Sequence record: DRR723986_7103
Length of the DNA stretch: 37,075 bases
Reading direction: 5' to 3' (one strand)
The number at the start of each line of letters is the position of its first letter. Positions within the stretch are counted from its first letter, which is position 1. The notes beneath the pieces were generated by a model. It was given only the letters and a program-made list of their open reading frames with translations, ran no database searches and had not been told where the DNA came from. The translations under genes and the position numbers were made by a program. Of this stretch, positions 1 through 9,302 are shown one piece after another.

Positions 1-390
1 ATCAAAAAGCCTGAGACCAAAGCGCAACTGTAAGTGAAGCGGAGGGCTCAAAGCGCTCAAGCCAGTTGTTCGGTCCGGGGTTGAAAACACTAAAATCGCA
101 GAGCAGGATTGACAAGTCCCGGTTCCAGTGTGAAGTTAATATTCTAATGTTGCGGAGCGGAGTTTAGCGAGCTGATTTTTACCTGTCCAATTTCCAGCGG
201 CCTGAATAAGGAGTCGCTGTTTGCGAGTGAATGTTAACGCGTCAGGACTAGGGAGAAAGGCTAACGCGCCAAGGTAACAGGGGAAGGTTAAGATGCCGGG
301 GGCTAGCGAGTGAAGTGAAAACGCTGATATTTTCCTGCCTGTGCGCAAAAAAAGAGTGAACAGTCTCAAGAATATGAGATTAAACTTTAA

Positions 391-420
391 GTCATTGAGA
401 CTAAGTCTGAAGTCTCTGAG
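391..420. repeat. Dispersed ~31-bp repeat, copy 1 (direct repeat of 36524-36554)
   Basis: gtcattgagact-aagtctgaagtctctgag aligns 27/31 with gtcactgagtctcaagcctgaagtctctgag; the last 14 bp are identical. Confidence 0.7.
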
Positions 421-800
421 ATAGAGTTAGAAACTTTTGACCCGTAAAACGGGTTGCCCCCTCCCCCGCCACCACCTGCCTCAAAAAAATGCTTAAATTT
501 CCATCCCGGGGCGTACCTCTCCCACCCCGAAATATCGAGTCTTTTTTTGCCCTGGACCTCTGGCCCAATCACAATTGCAAGCGCGGCGCGGCCGAACTAT
601 CCGGAAGGTTCGGCGCCATAAATATGCGCAGGAAGTCAATATGCTCAGCCTGTTAAGTTGGTCAACGGACGCAAAAACTGCTTAAACGCACCGCAAATAG
701 CTACAAACGTTTGGTGATGTTGCTGTAAATAGAAGTTGTGCCGACAGAATTTGTAAGAATATTCCGGCCAAAAAGATGTGAATGCCACAATTGATTGGGC

Positions 801-1832
801 TTAAAGGTCTTCAGGGAAAAAACGTTCCAGGATGTCGCGGCATTCGCGGCGGATTAGGTCCTGCTCGTCAGGTGAGAGTAGCTTGCGCAGTGCTCTGTCG
901 CGTGCGGGGTCAATATCACCGCCCACGTAGGACTGTTTAATATAATCGGTCGTGGGGCGTGGTTCGCCGTCACCACCAGCGGCCGGTTCGACTTCCAGAT
1001 AGCGGTAAATGCGTTCCATCGTAGCCTGCGGGTTAACAAGCAGCTGCTCGTACTTAACGGGCAGGGAAGAGGAGCCGTCGTAGAGGAAATAGAACTGCGG
1101 GTGATAGGTGCTCTTGTACAAATCGATGGCCGCTTCCAGATTTTTGCCGGCGCGTTTGTAGATGGCAGCGACATTCGAAATTGGGCTGCGCATCAAAACA
1201 ATAAATTTGTCATGCGGATAGAGATGCCGAATCCAGGGTGAATAGTAAATATGTGCCGGCGTTTTTTCGCCAATTAACGTATCCTGGCGATGTTCCTGGG
1301 GGACGGTTTGGGCAAAACAACTATCGAGTAGTTCGCGGACATTTTTGGGATGTGCGTCGAATTCACGCAGGAGGGCGTCCTGCTCAAAACGTTCGGCGTA
1401 TTCTGCCAGCCAGGTCGGCTCAGTTTGTCCCGGCAGCGGTTGCAGGTAATGGGCCAGCAAATTTTTGATGTACTGGCGTACAAGGCGTCCGTCAACTGCC
1501 TGGTCGGGAGACGGCAGGTCGTCCGTTGGTGGAATATAAGAGGTCGGTTTGCTGTGGCGCAGTTTGGCGCGCGAGTTCATGGCCAGCTGATAGAGGCGTT
1601 CGCTGCGGTTGGCAAGTGTATTGCGGAAATAGCGGATCATGCGCAGGCGCATACGTTGACCGCCACCCGAGGACTGCTCCAGAAAACTTTTGGCGAACAT
1701 CTGATAGATGAAGCCATCGTTGACGGTATACATCGACGGATGGGCCGAAAGCAGGGAGGCCAGCAGTGTGCTGCCGCTGCGTTCGCAACCGAAGAGGAAG
1801 AAATCGGGAGTACGGGAAGGTACTAAGTTCAT
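801..1832 (-). CDS. PAPS-dependent sulfotransferase (Sulfotransfer_1/3-like)
   Basis: 343-aa ORF; N-terminal 5'-PSB loop FLFGCERSGSTLL, GEKTPAH, 3'-PB-like LMRSPISNVAAI and C-terminal VKYEQLLVNP motif. Confidence 0.85.
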   Translation of the reverse strand: MNLVPSRTPDFFLFGCERSGSTLLASLLSAHPSMYTVNDGFIYQMFAKSFLEQSSGGGQRMRLRMIRYFRNTLANRSERLYQLAMNSRAKLRHSKPTSYIPPTDDLPSPDQAVDGRLVRQYIKNLLAHYLQPLPGQTEPTWLAEYAERFEQDALLREFDAHPKNVRELLDSCFAQTVPQEHRQDTLIGEKTPAHIYYSPWIRHLYPHDKFIVLMRSPISNVAAIYKRAGKNLEAAIDLYKSTYHPQFYFLYDGSSSLPVKYEQLLVNPQATMERIYRYLEVEPAAGGDGEPRPTTDYIKQSYVGGDIDPARDRALRKLLSPDEQDLIRRECRDILERFFPEDL

Positions 1833-1910
1833 TTTGTGCTATTTTTGGTGTGCCGGAAAGATTGCACGAATGTAAAATTACGAAAAATTGCGCAGTGTGC
1901 TGATTCGATT

Positions 1911-1926
1911 TTGCGCTGCAGCGCAA
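1911..1926. promoter_or_regulatory. Perfect 16-bp palindrome between divergent sulfotransferase genes (possible operator)
   Basis: ttgcgctgcagcgcaa is self-complementary and lies in the 152-bp divergent intergenic region. Confidence 0.35.
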
Positions 1927-1984
1927 GGTCTTCCCAGTTGCCGGCAGCGTGCGGGTCTCGAAAAGGTCTTGAGGGGGCGGTCGA

Positions 1985-2785
1985 GTGAAACGACAAATAT
2001 ATGATATGTGGCTGCGAACGAGTTCGATGGGGCAGACCCAGGCATGCCGTCGCGTACTGGACGGCAAGCAGTTGCCGGGTGGCCAGCGGCGGATATACTT
2101 CTATCACATCCGCAAGACCGCCGGCTCGAGCATTATTCAGGCTTTTATGGCAGCCGGCGGTGAGGAATCAAAGGCGGTCTATCGTCGTTTGGTTCAGCAG
2201 CCGCAGCATCGCACGATCAGTGGCTCCAACGTGTTTGTGGGCTGGCGCAAATATCTGATAGAGCAGGGGCTGTACTCGTTTGCTTTCTCACACATTCCCT
2301 TCTGGGAGCTGGACCTGCCGCGTGACACCTTCCGCTTCACGATAATTCGCGATCCCTTCAAACGCGCATTTTCGCACTACAAGATTCTGGTAAATTTCTC
2401 GCGTCAGGAAGGTCCGCTGCGTCCCAATATCCTGCCGGAACTGCAGTGGCTGGGCAAGTCGATGGATGAATTTCTGGACAAGATCCCCAAAGAAGCACTG
2501 TTAAATCAGCTCTACATGTTTTCCAAAGACTTCAACGTCGATGAGGCCTTTGAGCGTATTTGCTCCTGTGAGCATGTGATGTTCACCGAAGACTTTGACA
2601 ATGGCCTGGCCGGCCTGGCGGCCAAGACGGGGTATGCCCTGGAGCCCAACCGCACGCGTCTATCGCGTATTCAGGAAGATGTTGACGTGTCGGCAGTTGA
2701 TCGCATGCGTGAGATGGTGGAGCCGGAAGCGCAGCTGTATGCTCGTCTGCGTGAACACTTTGCGTCAAAAGAGTCGGCAGTCTGA
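1985..2785 (+). CDS. Sulfotransferase family 2 (carbohydrate sulfotransferase-like)
   Basis: 266 aa; FYHIRKTAGSSI (5'-PSB) and IIRDPFKRAFSHY (3'-PB) motifs; GTG start preceded by gagggg. Confidence 0.8.
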   Translation: MKRQIYDMWLRTSSMGQTQACRRVLDGKQLPGGQRRIYFYHIRKTAGSSIIQAFMAAGGEESKAVYRRLVQQPQHRTISGSNVFVGWRKYLIEQGLYSFAFSHIPFWELDLPRDTFRFTIIRDPFKRAFSHYKILVNFSRQEGPLRPNILPELQWLGKSMDEFLDKIPKEALLNQLYMFSKDFNVDEAFERICSCEHVMFTEDFDNGLAGLAAKTGYALEPNRTRLSRIQEDVDVSAVDRMREMVEPEAQLYARLREHFASKESAV

Positions 2786-2825
2786 TTGTCCTGCCGACAG
2801 TCTTGAATGGGGACTCCGTAGCGCC

Positions 2826-4013
2826 ATGAACATTCTGATATTTCAGCGCATTTTGCCACCCTACCGACTGCCGATTTTCCGTGCCCTGTATCAGCGCTTT
2901 GCGGCGCGCGTTTGTTATAGCCGGGCTCTCAAGTCTGCCAGCCTGCAGTCCATCACCGATGCACCAGACTTTGCGGTTGAAGAGCTGCCGCGTATCTATA
3001 TTGGCGGCAAAGAAACTGCCGCCGCGCAGAACCCAATAAGTGTATTGCGTCGCCACAAACCACAAGTCGTGGTCAGCGAGTTTGCGGCGGCCTATCTGAC
3101 GATGTGGTTCCTGTTTTTACTGCGTCCAATCTTTGGCTATAAGTTGTTGCTGTGGACACATGCGGTCGATAATACTGACGTTCACAAACCCTTTGTTTCA
3201 CGCCGCGGACGTCTGGCCCTATGGTTGTTTAAGCGCGCCGATGGAATTATCTGTTACAGTCGCCGGCGCTGTGAACTGGTGCGCCAGGCTCTGGGAGCTT
3301 CCAGTGCCACGCAACTTTTTGTGGCGCCCAATACTCTGGATACTGCGGCCCAGAATGTCTTATACGAAGAATGTGAGCAGCGAGGACGGGATGCCGTGCG
3401 TGCAGAGCTGGGCATGACGGCCAGATTTCAACTTGTTTACATTGGCCGTTTAATTGCGGACAAGCGCATAGATTTGTTGCTGGCCAGTTTTAACAGGATC
3501 GCAGCTGAGCTGGACGCCGAGTTACACGTGATTGGCGACGGTCCTGAGCGCCAAGCTGTTGAAGCGGCGGCGCGCGCTGATGCACGCATACATTGCCATG
3601 GTGCGGTTTGGGATCCGGCGCGCGCGGGTGCGTTTCTGTACGCAGCGGATATAAACTTGAATCCGGGGTATTTGGGGCTTTCGCTGGTGCATTCATTCTC
3701 TTTTGCTACGCCGATTGTGTCTTGTGCCTCAGGTGCTGACGGCCCGTTTCACAGTCCTGAGATTGAATATCTGGAGGATGGTGTTAACGGCTTGTTACTT
3801 GCGTCGGACGCGTCGGTTTTAGCGTCTGCAATCAACAATTTATTGCCTGATCACGCGCGCTTAAACAACATGGCTGCAGCGGCGCGGCATACCGCCACAA
3901 AAGACGCATCGCTGCAGGCGATGATGAACGGCTTTGAGCAAGCCTTTACTGCCATGCAGGAGTCACCCAGTCAGGAGTCACCCAATCAGGAGTCAAATAG
4001 TGTCCCAAACTAA
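2826..4013 (+). CDS. Glycosyltransferase family 4
   Basis: ATG at 2826 gives MNILIFQRILPPYRLP; GT-B motifs YIGRLIADKRIDLL, IGDGPE and EYLEDGVNGLL; the track start at 2595 overlaps the previous gene. Confidence 0.85.
   Translation: MNILIFQRILPPYRLPIFRALYQRFAARVCYSRALKSASLQSITDAPDFAVEELPRIYIGGKETAAAQNPISVLRRHKPQVVVSEFAAAYLTMWFLFLLRPIFGYKLLLWTHAVDNTDVHKPFVSRRGRLALWLFKRADGIICYSRRRCELVRQALGASSATQLFVAPNTLDTAAQNVLYEECEQRGRDAVRAELGMTARFQLVYIGRLIADKRIDLLLASFNRIAAELDAELHVIGDGPERQAVEAAARADARIHCHGAVWDPARAGAFLYAADINLNPGYLGLSLVHSFSFATPIVSCASGADGPFHSPEIEYLEDGVNGLLLASDASVLASAINNLLPDHARLNNMAAAARHTATKDASLQAMMNGFEQAFTAMQESPSQESPNQESNSVPN
3957..3995 (+). repeat. 15-bp tandem repeat (x2.6) containing AGGAG
   Basis: caggagtcacccagt caggagtcacccaat caggagtca; encodes QESPS-QESPN-QES. 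Confidence 0.85.
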
Positions 4014-5151
4014 AGCGGGAAAAGATCGCGAATCAAAACGCATCACAGTATTGCTGGTGGCGCCTGTGCCGCCGCCGATGCATGGTGCTGCCTATGCCAC
4101 GCAGCTGCTGCTGGATTCGGGTTTTTGTGATGATTTTGACGTGCTGCACATCGACGCCAAATATGTTAACAAGGTCAGTGAGCTGAGCGGCTTCGGCGCC
4201 GGCAAAATTGTTAAAATGTTTAAGTATCTGTGGCTTACACTACACAGCATTCTCTTCCGCAAAGTTGATGTTGTCATTCTTGAGCCGGCATTTTATGCCG
4301 GGCCATTTATCAAGGATGCTTTTTTCATAATTCTTTGCCGCTTCCTGCCGGTAAAAACCGTGGCCTGGTTTCACATGAACTTCACAGCGATGCAGTTTGA
4401 GTCGCTGGGGCGTCTGCATCAGAAGTTTATCGTGCGCATGCTTAAGATGCTGGACCACGGCGTGTGTGTGGGGCATAAGCTGATCGCTAATCTGCCGGCG
4501 GAGCTGGACAGAAACAAGCTGCATCATATTCACAATGGCATTCCGGCAATTGAAGACCTTGAGCCACAGGCGGCACAGCAGGAAGGCGCGCCGGTGCGTG
4601 TCATGTATCTCTCGAATATGGGGCATACCAAAGGCTGGCATGTCCTGCTGCAGGCAGCGGTTTTGGTGCGGACTGAGAATCCGGCTGTCGAATTTAATTT
4701 TTACGGCAACCCGATGGCGGACAGCCCAATTGAAGAGATTCGCGCGGCCTTTGCCGAGGCTGACCCTGCCGGTAAATCGATCGTTTATCACGGTCCGGTG
4801 TACGGAGCCGATAAAAATGCGGCCTTCCTGGCGGCTGACATCTTCTGTTTTCCATCGATGTATCCGCCTGAAGCTTTCCCGCTTACAATTCTGGAGGCCA
4901 TGAACGCCGGCCTCTCGATTATCGCTACCGACGTCGGTGCCGTAGCGGAAGCATTGGATGGAAGTCAGGGTGGAACGGTTGTACCCCAAAATGACCCACG
5001 CGCGCTGGCGGATGCCATTTTGGCCCAGGCAGCAGCGCCTGAAGCAAGGCGAAATCAGGGGAGCTACAACCGCAAGCGCTTTTTTGAGCACTTTACCAGT
5101 AGGGCATTTACACGTCGCTGGATTGATTTTGTGCGTAGAATCGTGGATTAA
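4000..5151 (+). CDS. Glycosyltransferase family 4
   Basis: Motifs VAPVPPPMHG, YLSNMGHTKG, DIFCFPS and EAFPLTILEAMNAGLSIIATDVG (EX7E); likely GTG start at 4000, 7 nt after AGGAG (track start 3934). Confidence 0.88.
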   Translation: MSQTKAGKDRESKRITVLLVAPVPPPMHGAAYATQLLLDSGFCDDFDVLHIDAKYVNKVSELSGFGAGKIVKMFKYLWLTLHSILFRKVDVVILEPAFYAGPFIKDAFFIILCRFLPVKTVAWFHMNFTAMQFESLGRLHQKFIVRMLKMLDHGVCVGHKLIANLPAELDRNKLHHIHNGIPAIEDLEPQAAQQEGAPVRVMYLSNMGHTKGWHVLLQAAVLVRTENPAVEFNFYGNPMADSPIEEIRAAFAEADPAGKSIVYHGPVYGADKNAAFLAADIFCFPSMYPPEAFPLTILEAMNAGLSIIATDVGAVAEALDGSQGGTVVPQNDPRALADAILAQAAAPEARRNQGSYNRKRFFEHFTSRAFTRRWIDFVRRIVD

Positions 5152-5177
5152 TGCGCACTCATTTGTAAATTGCAGTC

Positions 5178-6359
5178 ATGCACATCGCATTTGTCATTCA
5201 TAACCGGGCGGGAACCGGTCCATATTTCAAAGTCCTGGAACAGTGCGCGGCTTTGGTGGACCTGGGGCATCGCGTTACACTGTTCTGCACGGCGCGCACC
5301 AACAGGCTGCGCGAGCTGCGCGAAGAGCGTGACGGCGTCATGGTCTACGAAGCGCCTGATTTGCTCTGGGGCAACCTGCGCCAGGGCCCGGACCTCTGGA
5401 ACTGCCTGCGCCGCTGCATCGCCTCGCAGTCTGAAAAGTTTGACATCGTGCATGCCATCGATTGCCGCCCCAATGTCATCTTCACCGCGCTGCACATTAA
5501 ATACTGGCAGAAAGTCCCGATGGTTCTGAGCTGGTGGGATCTGTTTGGCGCCGGCGGCCTCGTACAGGAACGCAGCAGCAAACTATATGCCTCCACACTC
5601 GGATACGTTGAAACCTGGTTTGAAGAAAACTTCCGGCGGTATGCCGATGCAGCCACAACCATCACCTCCTACCTTGCCGAACGCCTCCAGGCGATGAACT
5701 ACCCGGCCGAAAAAATCATGGTGCAGCACGTAGGTGTTGATACCAAAGTAATTGTGCCCGAACGCGATTACGCACGCGCACAACTCAAATTTGAATCCGA
5801 CATTCCAACATTCTGTTTTGTCGGCACGATTTACAAGACCGACCTGGAGATGCTGCTGCGCGCGCTGGACATTGTCAAACAGCATGCCGAATACCGCATT
5901 ATCTGGATCGGCAGCGCTGCAATTCCCGAAGATGTATGCCGCGATTACAACATTAAACGCACGGGATATATCAGTTCGGAAGAAGTGCGCCTCTATCTGG
6001 GAGCAAGTGACATCTGCCTGTTGCCCATGAAAGTTAATATCACGAACAAGGCGCGCTGGCACTCCAAAGTCTCCGATTATTTTAATGCGGCCAAACCCGT
6101 CGTCAGCACGCCGGTCAGTGACTTTCCCGACATTTTTGCACGCAAAGACGTGGGCTGGATGTCGGCATCGGATTCCGCGCCTGACTTCGCACAGACTTTG
6201 CTGCAGGCAATTGCAGAACGTGACAAATGGGAAGACAAGGGCCGTACGGCACGTGCACTTGTAGTCGATGAACTCGACGTCTACGTTCTGGCCCGCAGGC
6301 TTCTGGAATTTTACGGCAAACTCCTGCCGGAACAAAAACGCGAAGCCCTGGCCTCGTAA
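5178..6359 (+). CDS. Glycosyltransferase family 4
   Basis: 393 aa; MHIAFV...LGHRVTLF N-terminus, DICLLPM, SKVSDYFNAAKPVVST variant of the KxxEY motif. Confidence 0.8.
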   Translation: MHIAFVIHNRAGTGPYFKVLEQCAALVDLGHRVTLFCTARTNRLRELREERDGVMVYEAPDLLWGNLRQGPDLWNCLRRCIASQSEKFDIVHAIDCRPNVIFTALHIKYWQKVPMVLSWWDLFGAGGLVQERSSKLYASTLGYVETWFEENFRRYADAATTITSYLAERLQAMNYPAEKIMVQHVGVDTKVIVPERDYARAQLKFESDIPTFCFVGTIYKTDLEMLLRALDIVKQHAEYRIIWIGSAAIPEDVCRDYNIKRTGYISSEEVRLYLGASDICLLPMKVNITNKARWHSKVSDYFNAAKPVVSTPVSDFPDIFARKDVGWMSASDSAPDFAQTLLQAIAERDKWEDKGRTARALVVDELDVYVLARRLLEFYGKLLPEQKREALAS

Positions 6360-6457
6360 AGCAAATCAGAAAAATGCATCAATGCGGCGCAGTCGGCGGC
6401 GCATTGTATCGCGATAGCAACCCACACACGCTGTTGCGAACCCGAAAACGCTACAAC

Positions 6458-7906
6458 ATGAACAAAAAAAATACTTGGTCTCGACTGGTAATTATGCTGC
6501 TGGATATCCTCGCCGTTTCCGGTGCGGTCAGCTTCATATTTTTCCTGCGGCAAACCGAATTTGTGCAAAGTCTGTCGGTCAGCGTTGGTGCGCGCTTTCA
6601 GCTAGAAAACTTTGTGTTTTTTATGGTCGCCAGCCTGATGCTGCTGCCGATCTTCTGGTGGAACTCACTCTATCGCCACAAAGTCATCGTCAACTGGGCG
6701 GAGCAGACGACGCGCATCATCAAGTCCTATGTCACGTTCAGCCTGATATTGATCGTGGTGCTCTTTTTTCTGCAGGACTCACAGCTGATCAACTCAACGC
6801 GTGGGTTTCTGCTCGGTGTTACCGCCTTCGGGATATTGTTCGTGGCGCTACTGCGCACGCCCATCCACACGCTGGTGCGCAAAGGCACACTCCAGGTAGG
6901 CACAAACACACGTCGCCGCGTCCTGGTCGTCGGCGCCGGCCGCGCCGGTGAGAAGTTTGCACTGCGCGTTCTGAACGACCCCGCCTTTAACATTGAAGAT
7001 GCCACCTTTGTAGATGACGACGAGAAAAAAGAAGGCAAACGCATCCTCGGTTTCCCCGTCCTCAAAGGCATCAGCAACATCGTTAACCATGCTATCACAA
7101 CCGCAGCCGACGAAATCTTCGTCGTCATGAACTCGATTTCGCCGGACCGCCTGCTGGAGATAATTGAAAGCTGTAAAAAGACCAACCTGCCCGTTAAAGT
7201 GCTTTCGCGGCACTTTAAGATCGTCAATAGCAGCGACGGGGAATTGGCGGCGCAATCGCTCAATGCGCTCGAAATGCCCTCGCAGTTGGCTATTCGCCCG
7301 GGCCTCGCAGCCAAACGCCTGTTTGACATCATCTTTGCTTCCGTCTTCCTGTCAATTGCGCTGATTCCAGGGCTGATTACCGCGGCGCTGATCCTGATTT
7401 CCTCGCGTGGCCCCATCTTTTATCTGTCCGACCGCATCGGCCGCGGCGGCAAGACTTTTAAGATGATCAAGTTCCGTACGATGCACGTCAACGACGCCAG
7501 CGAACATCAGGCCGCCGCGCGCGAACGCCTCAAAGAAGGCAAACACATGGGCAAGGTCGCCAACGACCCGCGCATCTTTGCCGTCGGCAGCTTCCTGCGC
7601 AAGTACAGCATCGATGAAATCCCGCAGTTCATCAACGTTCTGATTGGTGATATGAGCGTGATTGGCCCGCGCCCCTGCCTGGCATACGAGATGGAATTCT
7701 TTGACGACTGGCACATGCGCCGCTTTCACGTTCTGCCCGGTATCACCGGCCTGTGGCAGGTCACCGGCCGCCAGATGGAAGGCCTGTCATTACACGACGC
7801 CATGACGCTCGATGTCTATTATGCTGAGAACTTCACGATCTGGCTCGACGTCAAAATCCTGCTTAGAACAATCCCGGTTGTCCTCTTTGGCCGTGGTGGC
7901 AAATAA
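6458..7906 (+). CDS. Polyprenyl glycosylphosphotransferase (WcaJ/WbaP-type initiating sugar transferase)
   Basis: N-terminal TM helices, Rossmann-like VLVVGAGRAG, catalytic domain KRLFDI...KFRTM...SIDEIPQFINVLIGDMSVIGPRP...PGITGLWQV; ATG at 6458 preferred over 6374. Confidence 0.92.
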   Translation: MNKKNTWSRLVIMLLDILAVSGAVSFIFFLRQTEFVQSLSVSVGARFQLENFVFFMVASLMLLPIFWWNSLYRHKVIVNWAEQTTRIIKSYVTFSLILIVVLFFLQDSQLINSTRGFLLGVTAFGILFVALLRTPIHTLVRKGTLQVGTNTRRRVLVVGAGRAGEKFALRVLNDPAFNIEDATFVDDDEKKEGKRILGFPVLKGISNIVNHAITTAADEIFVVMNSISPDRLLEIIESCKKTNLPVKVLSRHFKIVNSSDGELAAQSLNALEMPSQLAIRPGLAAKRLFDIIFASVFLSIALIPGLITAALILISSRGPIFYLSDRIGRGGKTFKMIKFRTMHVNDASEHQAAARERLKEGKHMGKVANDPRIFAVGSFLRKYSIDEIPQFINVLIGDMSVIGPRPCLAYEMEFFDDWHMRRFHVLPGITGLWQVTGRQMEGLSLHDAMTLDVYYAENFTIWLDVKILLRTIPVVLFGRGGK

Positions 7907-7941
7907 CGATTCTCACCGGCCGGAGTTAGCCGACTCACAGC

Positions 7942-7989
7942 AAAAAAAAAACAGGGCCCGAATCACATAGATTCGGGCCCTCCAGTTTT
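7942..7989. terminator. Intrinsic terminator between convergent genes (strongest for tyrS on the minus strand)
   Basis: 12-bp stem agggcccgaatc/gattcgggccct (7953-7964/7970-7981), A10 tract on the left, tttt on the right. Confidence 0.85.
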
Positions 7990-8049
7990 AAAGCAACTCA
8001 GTGCTTTTGTTGATGCAGACAATGCTTTTGGCAGCCTGCCGCCGCGTTA

Positions 8050-9273
8050 TCAGTCGGCTTTGCTCACGCGCGCAAAACGGCGTTTGCCTACGCGCAGCAC
8101 CCGTTCTTCGCTCAGGTCCACGCTCGCTTCAATGTCCTGAATCTTTTCGCCGTCCACGCTGACTGCATTCTGCTGAATCATGCGGCGTGCCTCACTGCGC
8201 GACTTCACGAGTTGAGCGTTGCTGATGGCATCCACGACGCTGATCTTGCCGTCTTCGGTCTCAAGCGTGAAACTTGGCATTTCATCCGGCACGTCTTTTT
8301 TGACGAACATGCGCTCAAATTCTTCCAGCGCATTTGTTGCCGCAGCTTCATCGTGGTAGCGCGCCACAATTGCCTGCGCTACTTTGACCTTGGTGTGGCG
8401 CGGGTGCGCCGTGCCGTCGGCCAGTCCGGCTTCCATCGCCTTGACGTCTTCCTCTGCGGCAAAAGCACCGTACCGGAAATAGCGTGCAATCATGTCGTCG
8501 GGAATCGACATTGTTTTGCCAAAAATCTCCTTGGCCGAATCCGTAAGTGCGATGTAATTATCGAGCGACTTGCTCATTTTCTCAACGCCGTCGGTGCCTT
8601 CCAGCAGGGGAGTAGTCACAATCGCCTGTGGCGCCAGATTGTGTGCTTTCTGGATCTCACGCCCGAGCAGCAGGTTAAATGTCTGGTCGGTTCCACCCAG
8701 CTCCACATCCGATTCGATCGCTACAGAATCATAGGCCTGTGCCAGCGGGTACAAAAATTCGTGCAGGCTGATAGGCTGCCCGCCACGGAAGCGTTTGGTG
8801 AAGTCGTCGCGTTCCAGCAGTTGTGCCACGGTGGCGTTGGCCGCCAGTCGAATCACATCCTGGAAGTTGAGTTTGTCGAGCCACTCGGAGTTTTTGCGTA
8901 TCTGCATGCGCTCGGCATTCAGAATCAGCTTGGCCTGCTCAAAGTAGGTCTCGCCGTTCACACGTGTTTCTTCCAGCGTCAGCGGTGGGCGTGTTTTGGA
9001 ACGTCCACTTGGATCACCGATCATAGCCGTGAAGTCACCAACGATCAAAATTGCAGTGTGGCCCAGCTCCTGAAATTGACGCAGCTTGTGTAAAACCACG
9101 GCGTGACCAATATGCAGGTCGGGGCGGCTGGGGTCGGCACCCAGCTTTATATTCAGTGCCTTTTTCGCGGCAATCGATCGCTCAATCTTTTTAACCAGTT
9201 CCTCTTCGGGCAGCACATCCACGGCGCCGGAGCGGATCAGGTCCATCTGTTCGTTCAGTGAGGGAAAATTCAT
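8050..9273 (-). CDS. tyrS: Tyrosine--tRNA ligase
   Basis: HIGH and KMSKS motifs, KLGADPS, GGTDQ, C-terminal S4-like domain (VGKRRF); start 9273 or 9288. Confidence 0.97.
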   Translation of the reverse strand: MNFPSLNEQMDLIRSGAVDVLPEEELVKKIERSIAAKKALNIKLGADPSRPDLHIGHAVVLHKLRQFQELGHTAILIVGDFTAMIGDPSGRSKTRPPLTLEETRVNGETYFEQAKLILNAERMQIRKNSEWLDKLNFQDVIRLAANATVAQLLERDDFTKRFRGGQPISLHEFLYPLAQAYDSVAIESDVELGGTDQTFNLLLGREIQKAHNLAPQAIVTTPLLEGTDGVEKMSKSLDNYIALTDSAKEIFGKTMSIPDDMIARYFRYGAFAAEEDVKAMEAGLADGTAHPRHTKVKVAQAIVARYHDEAAATNALEEFERMFVKKDVPDEMPSFTLETEDGKISVVDAISNAQLVKSRSEARRMIQQNAVSVDGEKIQDIEASVDLSEERVLRVGKRRFARVSKAD

Positions 9274-9280
9274 AACACAG

Positions 9281-9302
9281 TTCTTCATGACTTCTTCATG
9301 AC
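9281..9302. repeat. 11-bp perfect tandem duplication at the tyrS 5' end
   Basis: ttcttcatgac ttcttcatgac. Confidence 0.75.

Noticed and set aside
136-572. Short minus-strand ORFs (77 aa and 61 aa, one with a poly-Gly run)
   Set aside because: No recognisable motifs; the poly-Gly comes from a C-rich low-complexity tract, and the ORFs overlap the repeat motifs
2595-2825. N-terminal extension of the first GT4 in the ORF track
   Set aside because: Overlaps the sulfotransferase gene by about 190 bp; the ATG at 2826 gives a typical GT4 start
4240-9093. Long antisense ORFs (4240-5091, 5583-6335, 6727-7416, 8212-9093) and similar ones elsewhere
   Set aside because: Shadow frames opposite well-supported genes, with no protein motifs
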